Source: a virus
DNA: 64,000 nt
Direction: 5' to 3' (one strand)
Virus record (IMG/VR): IMGVR_UViG_3300003322_001323
Span: 1 to 64,000 of that record
Shown: positions 54,454 through 62,596 of the stretch, in pieces
Layout of the letters: each line of letters starts with the position of its first letter
Numbering within the stretch: the first letter of the stretch is position 1
The notes under the pieces: model-generated
The model's input: the letters and a program-made list of their open reading frames with translations, nothing else
Told to the model about the DNA's origin: nothing
The model's database searches: none
Made by a program: the position numbers and the translations under genes

Positions 54454-55422
54454 ATGAACGGCATTCAAACTCAGGTTGGCGCCGCACAGGCCCCCGCGGT
54501 AGCGGGTGATTGGGCCTCCGGCAACCCGCGCTCGTTCTTTGACGCTGGTCCGGGCGGTCTCGTGGCCGGCCTCGCTGGCGTTACCGTGGGCGTTTTCGCC
54601 TGGACGAGCGCACTGCGCGTCGATGGCGACGGCGCTCCCGCGGTGGCAAACAATTTCGGTGCGGGCCTTCCCACCGGCATTGTGCACCGCCAGCAGCAGG
54701 GCCTCATCACGACCTTCCTGGCCGACGCCTCGATGGTCATCGTTCCCGGCACCCAGCTCGCCATCTGCACCGCAGGTGACATCTGGGTCAAGAACGATGG
54801 CTCCACGCAGGCGCTACCGGGCCAGAAGGTCTATGCGAACCTCACGACCGGCAAGATCAACTTTGCCGCGACCGGGGCCGCCACGGCCGGCGCCACCAGC
54901 TCGGCGTCTTCCATCGCTGCCAGCACCTTCTCGGTGACTGGTTCCATTGCCGGAAACGTGTTGAGCGTTACCGCGGTGGGCTCGGGCACGGTGGTTCCCG
55001 GCGGCACCATCTCGGGCACCGGCATCGCGACCGGAACCAAGATCGTGTCGCAGCTCACCCCCCTGCTCTCGGGCGAAGCGCTGGGCGGCATTGGCCGTTA
55101 CGCCGTTTCGATCCCCGAGCAGACCGTTGCTTCCACGACCGTCAGCGGTACTTATGGCACGCTGACCGTGGGCGGCACCGTGGCGGGCACCTTCGCCGTC
55201 GGTCAGGCCCTGGCCGCGACCGGCTCGGTGGTGGCGGGCACGACCATCACGGCGCTGGGCACCGGCACGGGCGGCGCCGGCACCTACATCGTGGACAACA
55301 ACACGGTGGTTGCCTCGCAGGCGATCAACGTGCTGGCGGTCAACATCGAAACGCGGTGGTACGCGGTCAGTTCCGGCTTGGCCGGAGAGCTGGTCAAGAT
55401 CACCACGCATCCGGTCGGCTAA
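54454..55422 (+). CDS. Head decoration/cement protein with beta-rich insertion
   Basis: APAVAGDWASGNPR, GVTVGVFAW, GDIWVKN, GELVKIT; sits between protease and capsid. Confidence 0.8.
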   Translation: MNGIQTQVGAAQAPAVAGDWASGNPRSFFDAGPGGLVAGLAGVTVGVFAWTSALRVDGDGAPAVANNFGAGLPTGIVHRQQQGLITTFLADASMVIVPGTQLAICTAGDIWVKNDGSTQALPGQKVYANLTTGKINFAATGAATAGATSSASSIAASTFSVTGSIAGNVLSVTAVGSGTVVPGGTISGTGIATGTKIVSQLTPLLSGEALGGIGRYAVSIPEQTVASTTVSGTYGTLTVGGTVAGTFAVGQALAATGSVVAGTTITALGTGTGGAGTYIVDNNTVVASQAINVLAVNIETRWYAVSSGLAGELVKITTHPVG

Positions 55423-55451
55423 CGGCCAACTCGAGAAGGAGCAACTGAACA

Positions 55452-56540
55452 ATGAATTTGATTGAAGCACAAGCCCTCTTCGAGTCGGATCGTCCGCATC
55501 TCGAAGAATTGGGTATCAGCCTGCCGGCGGTACAGTCGTACCTGCCGACCGGCGCCAAGAAGGACTGGACGCTCGCCTTTGACGCCCAGCCCTCCCTCGT
55601 CACGGACCCGAACTCCGCCGTGCCGGCAATGCTCACCACCTTGATTGACCCCGATGTCATCAAGGTGCTGTTCTCGCCGACCAAGGCCGCCGAGATTCTC
55701 GGTGAAAAGCGCAAGGGTACCTGGCTGGATGACGTCATCATGTTCCCGGTCACCGAAGACACCGGCGAGGTTTCCTCGTACGATGACTTCGCGGAGAACG
55801 GGCGCAGCGGCCTGAACGTCAACTGGCCGCAGCGCCAGTCGTATCTTTTCCAGATCATGAAGGAATACGGCGAGCGCGAGCTCGAGCGTGCCGGTCTGGC
55901 AAAGATCAACTGGGTGTCGAGCCTGGACCAGGCGGCAGCGGGCGTGATGAACCGCTTTCAGAACCTGTCCTACTTCTTCGGCATCGCCGGCCTGCAGAAC
56001 TATGGTCTGCTCAACGATCCCAACCTGTCCGCCTCCCTTACCCCGGCCACCAAGGCCGCAGGCGGCGTCAAATGGATCAATGGCACCCAGATCGTGGCGA
56101 CGGCCAACGAGGTCTATTCCGACATTCAATCGCTGTTCTTCCAGCTGGTTTCCCAGGCTGGTGGTACCATCGACCAGAACGCGGAAATGACTCTCGCCAT
56201 GTCGCCGACCTCGGAGGTGGCTCTTACCGCCACCAACTCGTTCGGCGTCAACGTGACCGACCTGTTGAAGAAGAACTTCCCCAACATGAAGGTCATCACC
56301 GCCGTGCAGTATGGCGTGGTCTCTGCCGCCAATCCCAATGGCGTCGCGGCCGGCAACCTGGTGCAGCTGATCGCGGGTCGCGTGGACGGTCAGGAGACCG
56401 GTTTTGCGGCCTTCAACGAGAAGATGCGCCAGCACAACCTCATCAAGGCCACCTCGTCCTTCAAGCAGAAGGTCTCGGGCGGCACCTGGGGTGCGGTCAT
56501 CCGGCAGGCGTTCGCCATTTCCTCGATGGTGGGCGTGTAA
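55452..56540 (+). CDS. Major capsid protein (DUF2184)
   Basis: LAFDAQPSLVT, RQSYLFQ, YGERELE, NYGLLNDPNL, GTWGAVI. Confidence 0.92.
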   Translation: MNLIEAQALFESDRPHLEELGISLPAVQSYLPTGAKKDWTLAFDAQPSLVTDPNSAVPAMLTTLIDPDVIKVLFSPTKAAEILGEKRKGTWLDDVIMFPVTEDTGEVSSYDDFAENGRSGLNVNWPQRQSYLFQIMKEYGERELERAGLAKINWVSSLDQAAAGVMNRFQNLSYFFGIAGLQNYGLLNDPNLSASLTPATKAAGGVKWINGTQIVATANEVYSDIQSLFFQLVSQAGGTIDQNAEMTLAMSPTSEVALTATNSFGVNVTDLLKKNFPNMKVITAVQYGVVSAANPNGVAAGNLVQLIAGRVDGQETGFAAFNEKMRQHNLIKATSSFKQKVSGGTWGAVIRQAFAISSMVGV

Positions 56541-56603
56541 CTCCAACCCTTGGCGTCTTGCGGGGCCGGTAGGAGTCCGGCTCCCGTCGCCTGGAGAATT
56601 TCA

Positions 56604-57131
56604 ATGAGCAAAACCCAACAGAAGCTGGCGCTCGCGAAAACCGTGACCGTTGGCCTCAAGCATCCCAGCGGCCTCATCCTGCGTCTCTTCAAGGAGCAGG
56701 AGGTTACCGAGCAGACCCCCTCGGGTCCGCGCCAAGTCAGGCAGTTCTTCCCGAACCTGGAAGCGGGAACCGTGGCAATCAAGGGCTATGGCGGCGCCGC
56801 GTTCGGCCAGGTGCAGCCGCACCGCATCATCGGCCAGTACGCACTGACCCAGGGCGTCCCGGCCGATTTCATTCAGGAATGGCTGAAGCAGAACCAGGAC
56901 CACGACCTGGTGAAGAACAACCTCATCTTCATTCACGCGGATGAAGCCGACGCCGCGGCCCAGGGCAAGGACCAGCAGACCGTCTGGGATGGCCTCCACC
57001 CCCTGCGCATGCATTCCGCCAAGAAGGACCCCCGCGTGCCGAAGAAGGTGCGTCAGCTGTCCAAGAACGACGGCGACGAGGCCAACAACGACACCATGCC
57101 CATGACGGCGCCTGCCTCGGCGGCTGCCTAA
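56604..57131 (+). CDS. Virion-associated hypothetical protein
   Basis: VTVGLKHPSGLIL, YALTQGVPADF; conserved position after the capsid gene. Confidence 0.7.
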   Translation: MSKTQQKLALAKTVTVGLKHPSGLILRLFKEQEVTEQTPSGPRQVRQFFPNLEAGTVAIKGYGGAAFGQVQPHRIIGQYALTQGVPADFIQEWLKQNQDHDLVKNNLIFIHADEADAAAQGKDQQTVWDGLHPLRMHSAKKDPRVPKKVRQLSKNDGDEANNDTMPMTAPASAAA

Positions 57132-57133
57132 TC

Positions 57134-57598
57134 ATGGGTTGCGGAGGCGCCATCGCCACGCCGGACTACGCCGCGTGGCTGCTGCTTTTTCCCAACTTCT
57201 CCAATATCACGTCGGACCAGTATAACGCATGCTGGGACCTGGCCACGCAGTTCTGTCGCAACGATGGAACTGGGCCCGTGACGAAGGAAGCGGTGCAGCA
57301 GCGCCTCCTCAACCTGCTCGCCGCGCACTGGGCGTTCCTGCTTTATGGGGACGCCCAGAGCGGCGGCGCGTCGCAGCTCGTGGGTCGCATCAGCAGCGCG
57401 GCCGAGGGCTCGGTGAACGTCAGCACCGAAAACAATTATCCGCCGGGTACCGTGCAGTGGTTTCAGCAAACCAAGTACGGCTCGGCCTTCTGGGCGGCCT
57501 CGGCGCCCTATCGCACCTTCCGGTATCGCAGCTTCCTGACGGACGCAGCGATTGCCGGTACCTACAACCCGACCTTTCCGGTCATTTTTTCCAACTAG
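57134..57598 (+). CDS. DUF4054 head-tail adaptor
   Basis: LLAAH, VGRISSAAEGSVNVS, WFQQTKYGSAFW. Confidence 0.88.
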   Translation: MGCGGAIATPDYAAWLLLFPNFSNITSDQYNACWDLATQFCRNDGTGPVTKEAVQQRLLNLLAAHWAFLLYGDAQSGGASQLVGRISSAAEGSVNVSTENNYPPGTVQWFQQTKYGSAFWAASAPYRTFRYRSFLTDAAIAGTYNPTFPVIFSN

Positions 57599-57607
57599 GA
57601 GTGGATC

Positions 57608-57865
57608 ATGGATTTGGACGCACAGCTGAAGTCGTTGAATGCTCGCGTGACGGTTCTGGAGGGGCTGGTGCAGCTCTTGCTGGGCGTGCCCGGCCTGCGC
57701 GAGGAGGCGGAGCGCGCCGCGCTGGAGCGCGCGGAGGCGGAGAAGCGCGCGCCGCAGGTGGAGCAGGGGGGTAAGGTCGAGGAGGTCGCTCCGGTCGAGG
57801 AGGTCGCTCCGGTCGAGGAGGTCGCTCCGGTCGAGGACCCCGCCAACCCGAGCGCGCAAGCCTAA
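57608..57865 (+). CDS. Hypothetical protein with VEEVAP repeats
   Basis: GGAG RBS; tandem repeat in the 3' half. Confidence 0.65.
   Translation: MDLDAQLKSLNARVTVLEGLVQLLLGVPGLREEAERAALERAEAEKRAPQVEQGGKVEEVAPVEEVAPVEEVAPVEDPANPSAQA
57775..57837 (+). repeat. 18-bp tandem repeat, 3.5 copies
   Basis: (GGTCGAGGAGGTCGCTCC)x3 plus GGTCGAGGA. Confidence 0.95.
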
Positions 57866-58363
57866 ATGAAGGTAAAGGGCGGCGAGAAGTTTGAGGCGGC
57901 GCTCAAGCAAATCGCCGCCGACCTCTCGCAGCCCGGCAAGGTGCGCGTCGGCTTTCTGGAGGGCGCTACCTACCCCGACGGGCAGACCGTGGCGGAGGTG
58001 GCGTTCTATAACGAATACGGCCGCATGGTTCGTGGCAACCTAGAGGAAAGCGCCAGCGGGAAGGGCGATCTTTACTATCAGCTGCCGCGGCCGTTTTTTC
58101 GCAACATGCTCGACGCCAAGAGCGGCGAGTGGCCGGAAGCCGTGCGAAGGAACCTCAAGGATACGAAATACAACATTCCACTGACGCTGCAGCGTGTTGG
58201 AGAGGGAATCAAGGGCCAGCTGCAGCAGAGCATTCGCGACCTGGTATCGCCGCCATTGGCGCCGAGTACCATTCAAAAGAAGGGCTTTGACAAGCCCCTC
58301 ATTGATACGGGACACATGATAAATAGCGTGGCCTACCAGGTGGTGGCGGAGAAAATTAAGTGA
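57866..58363 (+). CDS. Neck/tail morphogenesis protein
   Basis: VRVGFLEGATYPDG, PRPFFR, KPLIDTGHM. Confidence 0.8.
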   Translation: MKVKGGEKFEAALKQIAADLSQPGKVRVGFLEGATYPDGQTVAEVAFYNEYGRMVRGNLEESASGKGDLYYQLPRPFFRNMLDAKSGEWPEAVRRNLKDTKYNIPLTLQRVGEGIKGQLQQSIRDLVSPPLAPSTIQKKGFDKPLIDTGHMINSVAYQVVAEKIK

Positions 58364-58752
58364 CGGTTGGTGGTGGGTTGAATCTTCATGGTATCGTGCG
58401 CGGTGCCATTACAACCGTCAACGAGGACGTAACGGTAGCCTATGAGCGCAGCAACGGCTTCACTATCGGCGCGAGCGGCAAGACTACGCCGGCTTATTCG
58501 CCGGTAGAGTCGATTCGAGCGCAGTTTCAGGCGTTGACCTTTAAGGACCTGCAGCAGCTTGATGGAATAAACCAGAATGGTATGCGTCGCGCCGTTTACC
58601 TTTATGGAACGGTTGACGGCGTGGTTCGGGCTGACGCCAAGGGAGGTGACCTTATAACGGATTCCGAAAATCATCTATGGCTCGTGACCCAGAACTTGGA
58701 GCAGTGGCCATACTGGTGCAAGGTGGCCGTAACCCTTCAAAATGGGAGCTGA
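58360..58752 (+). CDS. Head-closure protein
   Basis: NLHGIVRGAI, QFQAL, GGDL, LEQWPYWCKV. Confidence 0.75.
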   Translation: MTVGGGLNLHGIVRGAITTVNEDVTVAYERSNGFTIGASGKTTPAYSPVESIRAQFQALTFKDLQQLDGINQNGMRRAVYLYGTVDGVVRADAKGGDLITDSENHLWLVTQNLEQWPYWCKVAVTLQNGS

Positions 58753-58839
58753 ACATGCGCTATCTTTCAGATTTGTGGGCCGCGATGGTGACGGCGATGC
58801 TGGTCTTGGCTTTTCCGGATATGACGTAGGAGCTTTATT

Positions 58840-59190
58840 ATGAACCGTTTTCTCTCTTTCCTGTTCGGCGCGATCCTGCTGGGCCTTTCGGCCGACGTGG
58901 CGAGCGCGGACGGCTGGGTGCAGCAGGTACCGCTCGGTTATCAGCAGATTACGTCGCTGGGCACCGCTCAGGCCCTCACGGTACCCAGTGGCGCCACTCA
59001 GGCGGTGATTTATGTGGAGGCCCAGGCGGTGCGCTATCGCGACGATGGCACGAACCCCACCGCTACGGTGGGCGCGCCGCTTGCCGTTACCGGGAGCGGC
59101 CAGCCGTTGGTTTACAACGGGACCTTGAGCGCTATTCGTTTCATCGAGCAGACCTCGGGAGCGAAAATCAACATTCTTTATTATCGCTAA
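58840..59190 (+). CDS. Sec-signal beta-sandwich protein within the neck operon
   Basis: MNRFLSFLFGAILLGLSADVASA; VRYRDDGTNPTATVG. Confidence 0.75.
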   Translation: MNRFLSFLFGAILLGLSADVASADGWVQQVPLGYQQITSLGTAQALTVPSGATQAVIYVEAQAVRYRDDGTNPTATVGAPLAVTGSGQPLVYNGTLSAIRFIEQTSGAKINILYYR

Positions 59191-59970
59191 ATGGCGCTGC
59201 TCGTCTCCCCCACCCAGGAGGAGACCCTCACGGTCTTAAAGGGCTATCTGGATTCCATCGTGGGGCCGGCGCCCGTGCTGCAGGCTCAGGGCAATCGTGT
59301 GCCCGAGGTGGCGGCCGATGCCTTTGTGCTGATGACACCGGGAAACCGGGTACGGCTCTCAACGAACCGTGACAGCTTTTTGGACTGCGCCTTTACCGCT
59401 TCGATCAGCAATGACCAGCTAACGGTAACGGCGGTGGCGATCGGGGTAATTGTCACTCCAGCGCAGATTTTTTCACCCTCGTTCGATCTGGGTACGCCGG
59501 TTACCATTTTAAGCCAGCTTTCCGGTGATCCTGGTGGGGTTGGCGTGTATCAGCTCTCCGCGGCGCCTGACGTCGACGCGCATTCCGACGTGGGTGAGTT
59601 CGTGATTGGCGAGAGCCCGGTGGAGGGTACCAAGTTTGCCTCGGGCCAGGAGGGCGCGCTACAGCCCACCAAGTTCCGGGTGCAGCTGGACGTGCACGGC
59701 GAAGCCAGCGCGGACCTCTCCCAGATTATTTCAACCATGCTCTGGGATGAGCAGGCCTTTGACTTCTTCAAGGCAGCCAATCCCAACGTGCTGCCGCTCT
59801 ACTGCGACGATCCGCGTCAGCTGCCGTTCAACAACGATCAGAGCCAGGTTGAAAACCGCTGGGTTGTTGACGTCTATCTTCAAGTAAACGCTACGGTGCG
59901 GGCACCGCAGCAATTTGCCGACCAGGTAGCGGTTGGCCTTATCAATGTCGATGCCACCTATCCCCCGTGA
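59191..59970 (+). CDS. Tail terminator/neck protein with beta insertion
   Basis: QGNRVP, VQLDVHG, PLYCDDPRQ, ENRW. Confidence 0.75.
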   Translation: MALLVSPTQEETLTVLKGYLDSIVGPAPVLQAQGNRVPEVAADAFVLMTPGNRVRLSTNRDSFLDCAFTASISNDQLTVTAVAIGVIVTPAQIFSPSFDLGTPVTILSQLSGDPGGVGVYQLSAAPDVDAHSDVGEFVIGESPVEGTKFASGQEGALQPTKFRVQLDVHGEASADLSQIISTMLWDEQAFDFFKAANPNVLPLYCDDPRQLPFNNDQSQVENRWVVDVYLQVNATVRAPQQFADQVAVGLINVDATYPP

Positions 59971-59980
59971 GGAGTGAAGA

Positions 59981-61489
59981 ATGAGCCTTGTCAATAGCAT
60001 TCCGGCCAGCGAGCTGGTCCAGGTCAACCCCAACGTTTTGAGCGCCGGCGGCGAATCGCTGGACGTTATCGCCATGGTGCTGACCGACAGCGCCCGCGTT
60101 CCGATCGGCGCCGTGCAGTCCTTTGCCGACGCTGAGAGCGTTCGCGCCTATTTCGGTACCGGGTCCAATGAGGATACCTTCGCCACCAAGTATTTCGCCG
60201 GCTTTGTGGGCCGTTCCATGATTCCGGCATCCATCCTGTTCACGCAGTATCCGACCGCCGACGTCGCGGCCTTCATGCGGGGTGGATCGGGCCTGACGCT
60301 CAACCAGGTAAAGGCGGTGACCTCGGGCACGATTGCCGTTACGGTGGACGGCACGCTGAATACCTCCTCGGCGATCAACCTGGCCGCAGCCACGAGCTTC
60401 TCCAACGCTGCAACCCTGATCCAGGCCGCCTTTACCACGCCGAATTTCACCGTAACCTGGGACAGCATCATTGGAGCGTTCGTATTCACGAGCTCCACGA
60501 CCGGTGCCACCTCCACCATTACCTTTGGCAGCGGCGCTGCGGCGACCGCTCTATTGCTGACCTCGGCCACCGGAGCGGTGCTGAGCCAGGGCGCCGATGC
60601 CGCCACGCCCGATGCCTTCATGGATAACATCGTGGACAACCTCAGCCAGAACTGGGTGACCTTCGCGCTGACCTTCGATCCCGATACCGGCGGCGCCAAC
60701 ACCAACAAGCTGGCCTTCGCCCAGTGGAACAGCGATCAGAACCAGAAGTTTGCCTTTATCTGCTGGGACCCCGATGCCGCGCCGTTCAACAGCAGCTCGG
60801 CGCCCACCAGCCTGGGTGCGCTGATCGCGGCGGCCGACATCTCCGGTACCTGCCTGATTTGGGGCCCGAGCTTCGACAAGGCCGCCTTCATCTGCGGTAC
60901 CGCGGCCTCGATCGACTTTACCCGCACCAATGGCCGCATTACCTTCGCCTTCCGCCGGCAGGACGGCCTGGTGGCCGACGTCACCAACCAGTTTGGCGCC
61001 AACAACCTGCTGGCCAACGGCTACAATTTCTACGGCGCCTATGCCACGCGCTCCGACCAGTTCAATATCTTCTATGATGGCTCGGTATCGGGCGATTTCG
61101 ACTGGCTGGACAGCTACATCAATCAAATCTGGCTGAACAGTGCGCTGCAGGAGGCCATCGCTACCGGCATGCAGAGCGCCAAATCCATCCCGTACAACTC
61201 GGCTGGTTACGCGCTCATCGAAGCCTTCTGCATGGACCCGATCAACGCCGCACTCAACTTCGGCGCCATTCGCACGGGTGTAACGCTATCGGCCTCGCAG
61301 ATCGAGCAAATCAACCTGGCCGCCGGCGCCGATGTGGCACCCGTCGTGCAGACGCGCGGCTGGTATCTCCAGGTGAAGGATGCCAGCCCGCAGGTTCGCG
61401 CCCAGCGCGGCTCTCCCCCCTGCACCCTCTGGTACGCCGATGGCGGCTCGGTCCAAAAGATCGTGCTCGACTCGATCGAAGTGCAGTAA
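59981..61489 (+). CDS. Tail sheath (DUF3383)
   Basis: IPASELVQVNP, GYNFYGAYA, WLDSYINQIWL, WYADGGSVQ. Confidence 0.92.
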   Translation: MSLVNSIPASELVQVNPNVLSAGGESLDVIAMVLTDSARVPIGAVQSFADAESVRAYFGTGSNEDTFATKYFAGFVGRSMIPASILFTQYPTADVAAFMRGGSGLTLNQVKAVTSGTIAVTVDGTLNTSSAINLAAATSFSNAATLIQAAFTTPNFTVTWDSIIGAFVFTSSTTGATSTITFGSGAAATALLLTSATGAVLSQGADAATPDAFMDNIVDNLSQNWVTFALTFDPDTGGANTNKLAFAQWNSDQNQKFAFICWDPDAAPFNSSSAPTSLGALIAAADISGTCLIWGPSFDKAAFICGTAASIDFTRTNGRITFAFRRQDGLVADVTNQFGANNLLANGYNFYGAYATRSDQFNIFYDGSVSGDFDWLDSYINQIWLNSALQEAIATGMQSAKSIPYNSAGYALIEAFCMDPINAALNFGAIRTGVTLSASQIEQINLAAGADVAPVVQTRGWYLQVKDASPQVRAQRGSPPCTLWYADGGSVQKIVLDSIEVQ

Positions 61490-61516
61490 TTCAACCGAAC
61501 CGAGAGGATTTAATCC

Positions 61517-61948
61517 ATGCCCTCCTTGACCGGCGCAACCGCCGTTATTCAGCTCCAAATTCCGGGGCTCTACGATCAGCCGCAGTATCTTCAGGGGTTT
61601 GCGGCTGACGACGTTTTCGACACCGAAGCCATCCAGAACGTGGAAACCCTGATGGGTGTCGATGGAGTCATGTCGGCTGGCTTCGTCTGGGTTCCGAAAA
61701 CCATGAACATCGCGCTGCAGTCGGATTCACCTTCCAATGCCGTCTTCGACAACTGGTATTCGGTTCAAGAGGCGCAGACCGACGTTTATTTCGCCAATGC
61801 GGTGGTGATGCTGCGGGCCCTGGGTCAGAAGTGGAATTTGACCAAGGGCGTGCTGCAGAGCTATACGCCCATTCCGGCGACCAAGAAGCTCATTCAGCCG
61901 CGCCGCTATGGCATCCTCTGGAACCTGATGAGCCCCGCGCCCGTCTAA
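61517..61948 (+). CDS. Tail tube protein
   Basis: LQGFAADD, MGVDG..SAG, LQSDSPS; follows the sheath. Confidence 0.8.
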   Translation: MPSLTGATAVIQLQIPGLYDQPQYLQGFAADDVFDTEAIQNVETLMGVDGVMSAGFVWVPKTMNIALQSDSPSNAVFDNWYSVQEAQTDVYFANAVVMLRALGQKWNLTKGVLQSYTPIPATKKLIQPRRYGILWNLMSPAPV

Positions 61949-61982
61949 GGAGTTTTTCACCGCCTAATCGTAGGGAGACGAG

Positions 61983-62477
61983 ATGGCACGCCGAACTAAG
62001 GACGTTACGATCAAGGCCGAGGGCCGCGATCAGGGAAAAATGTTCCGCATTACCGAAATGGCCGCGGAACGGGGCGAGGAGTGGGCCATGCGAGCTATCA
62101 TGGCCCTCACCAAGGCGGGCGTGGAGCTTCCCGAGGGAACGGCCGGCATGGAGGGTATTGCCACTGCCGGCCTGACGGAACTTGGGAAGCTGCAGTTTAC
62201 CGAGGTAAAGCTGCTGATGGACGAGATGTTTGCCTGCATAGAACGCATTCCCGATCCTAAAAACCTCAGCGTGGTGCGGCCGCTCGTTTCAGATGACACG
62301 GAGGAGGTGCGCACGCGGCTCACCTTGCGCGCGGAGGTCTGGACGTTGCACACGGGTTTTTCATTTCCCGGGCTCCCCTCGACGGGCTCGAGCTCGGGAA
62401 CGGACGAGAAACCCGGCAATTCCTCCGCCCAGTCAACATCTCACCGGCCCTCTCGGCGGTTTCGTCGTCGGGGCTAG
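61983..62477 (+). CDS. Tail assembly chaperone (gpG-like)
   Basis: GRDQGK.FRITEM, DDTEEV.T...LR; precedes the tape measure. Confidence 0.8.
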   Translation: MARRTKDVTIKAEGRDQGKMFRITEMAAERGEEWAMRAIMALTKAGVELPEGTAGMEGIATAGLTELGKLQFTEVKLLMDEMFACIERIPDPKNLSVVRPLVSDDTEEVRTRLTLRAEVWTLHTGFSFPGLPSTGSSSGTDEKPGNSSAQSTSHRPSRRFRRRG

Positions 62478-62596
62478 CGAGCTGGGCAGATTTGAGCACC
62501 GTGCTGGGAGTAAAGGACCTCTATGACCTGCTGGAAATTGCCGCGGTGAACGCGCATAACGAACGCGTAGCTCGCAAGCTGGCGGAGCATAAGTAG
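62354..62596 (+). other. -1 frameshift site and gpGT-like extension
   Basis: In-frame G GGT TTT at 62354-62360; -1 frame open to TAG at 62594-62596 (...LSTVLGVKDLYDLLEI...). Confidence 0.8.
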
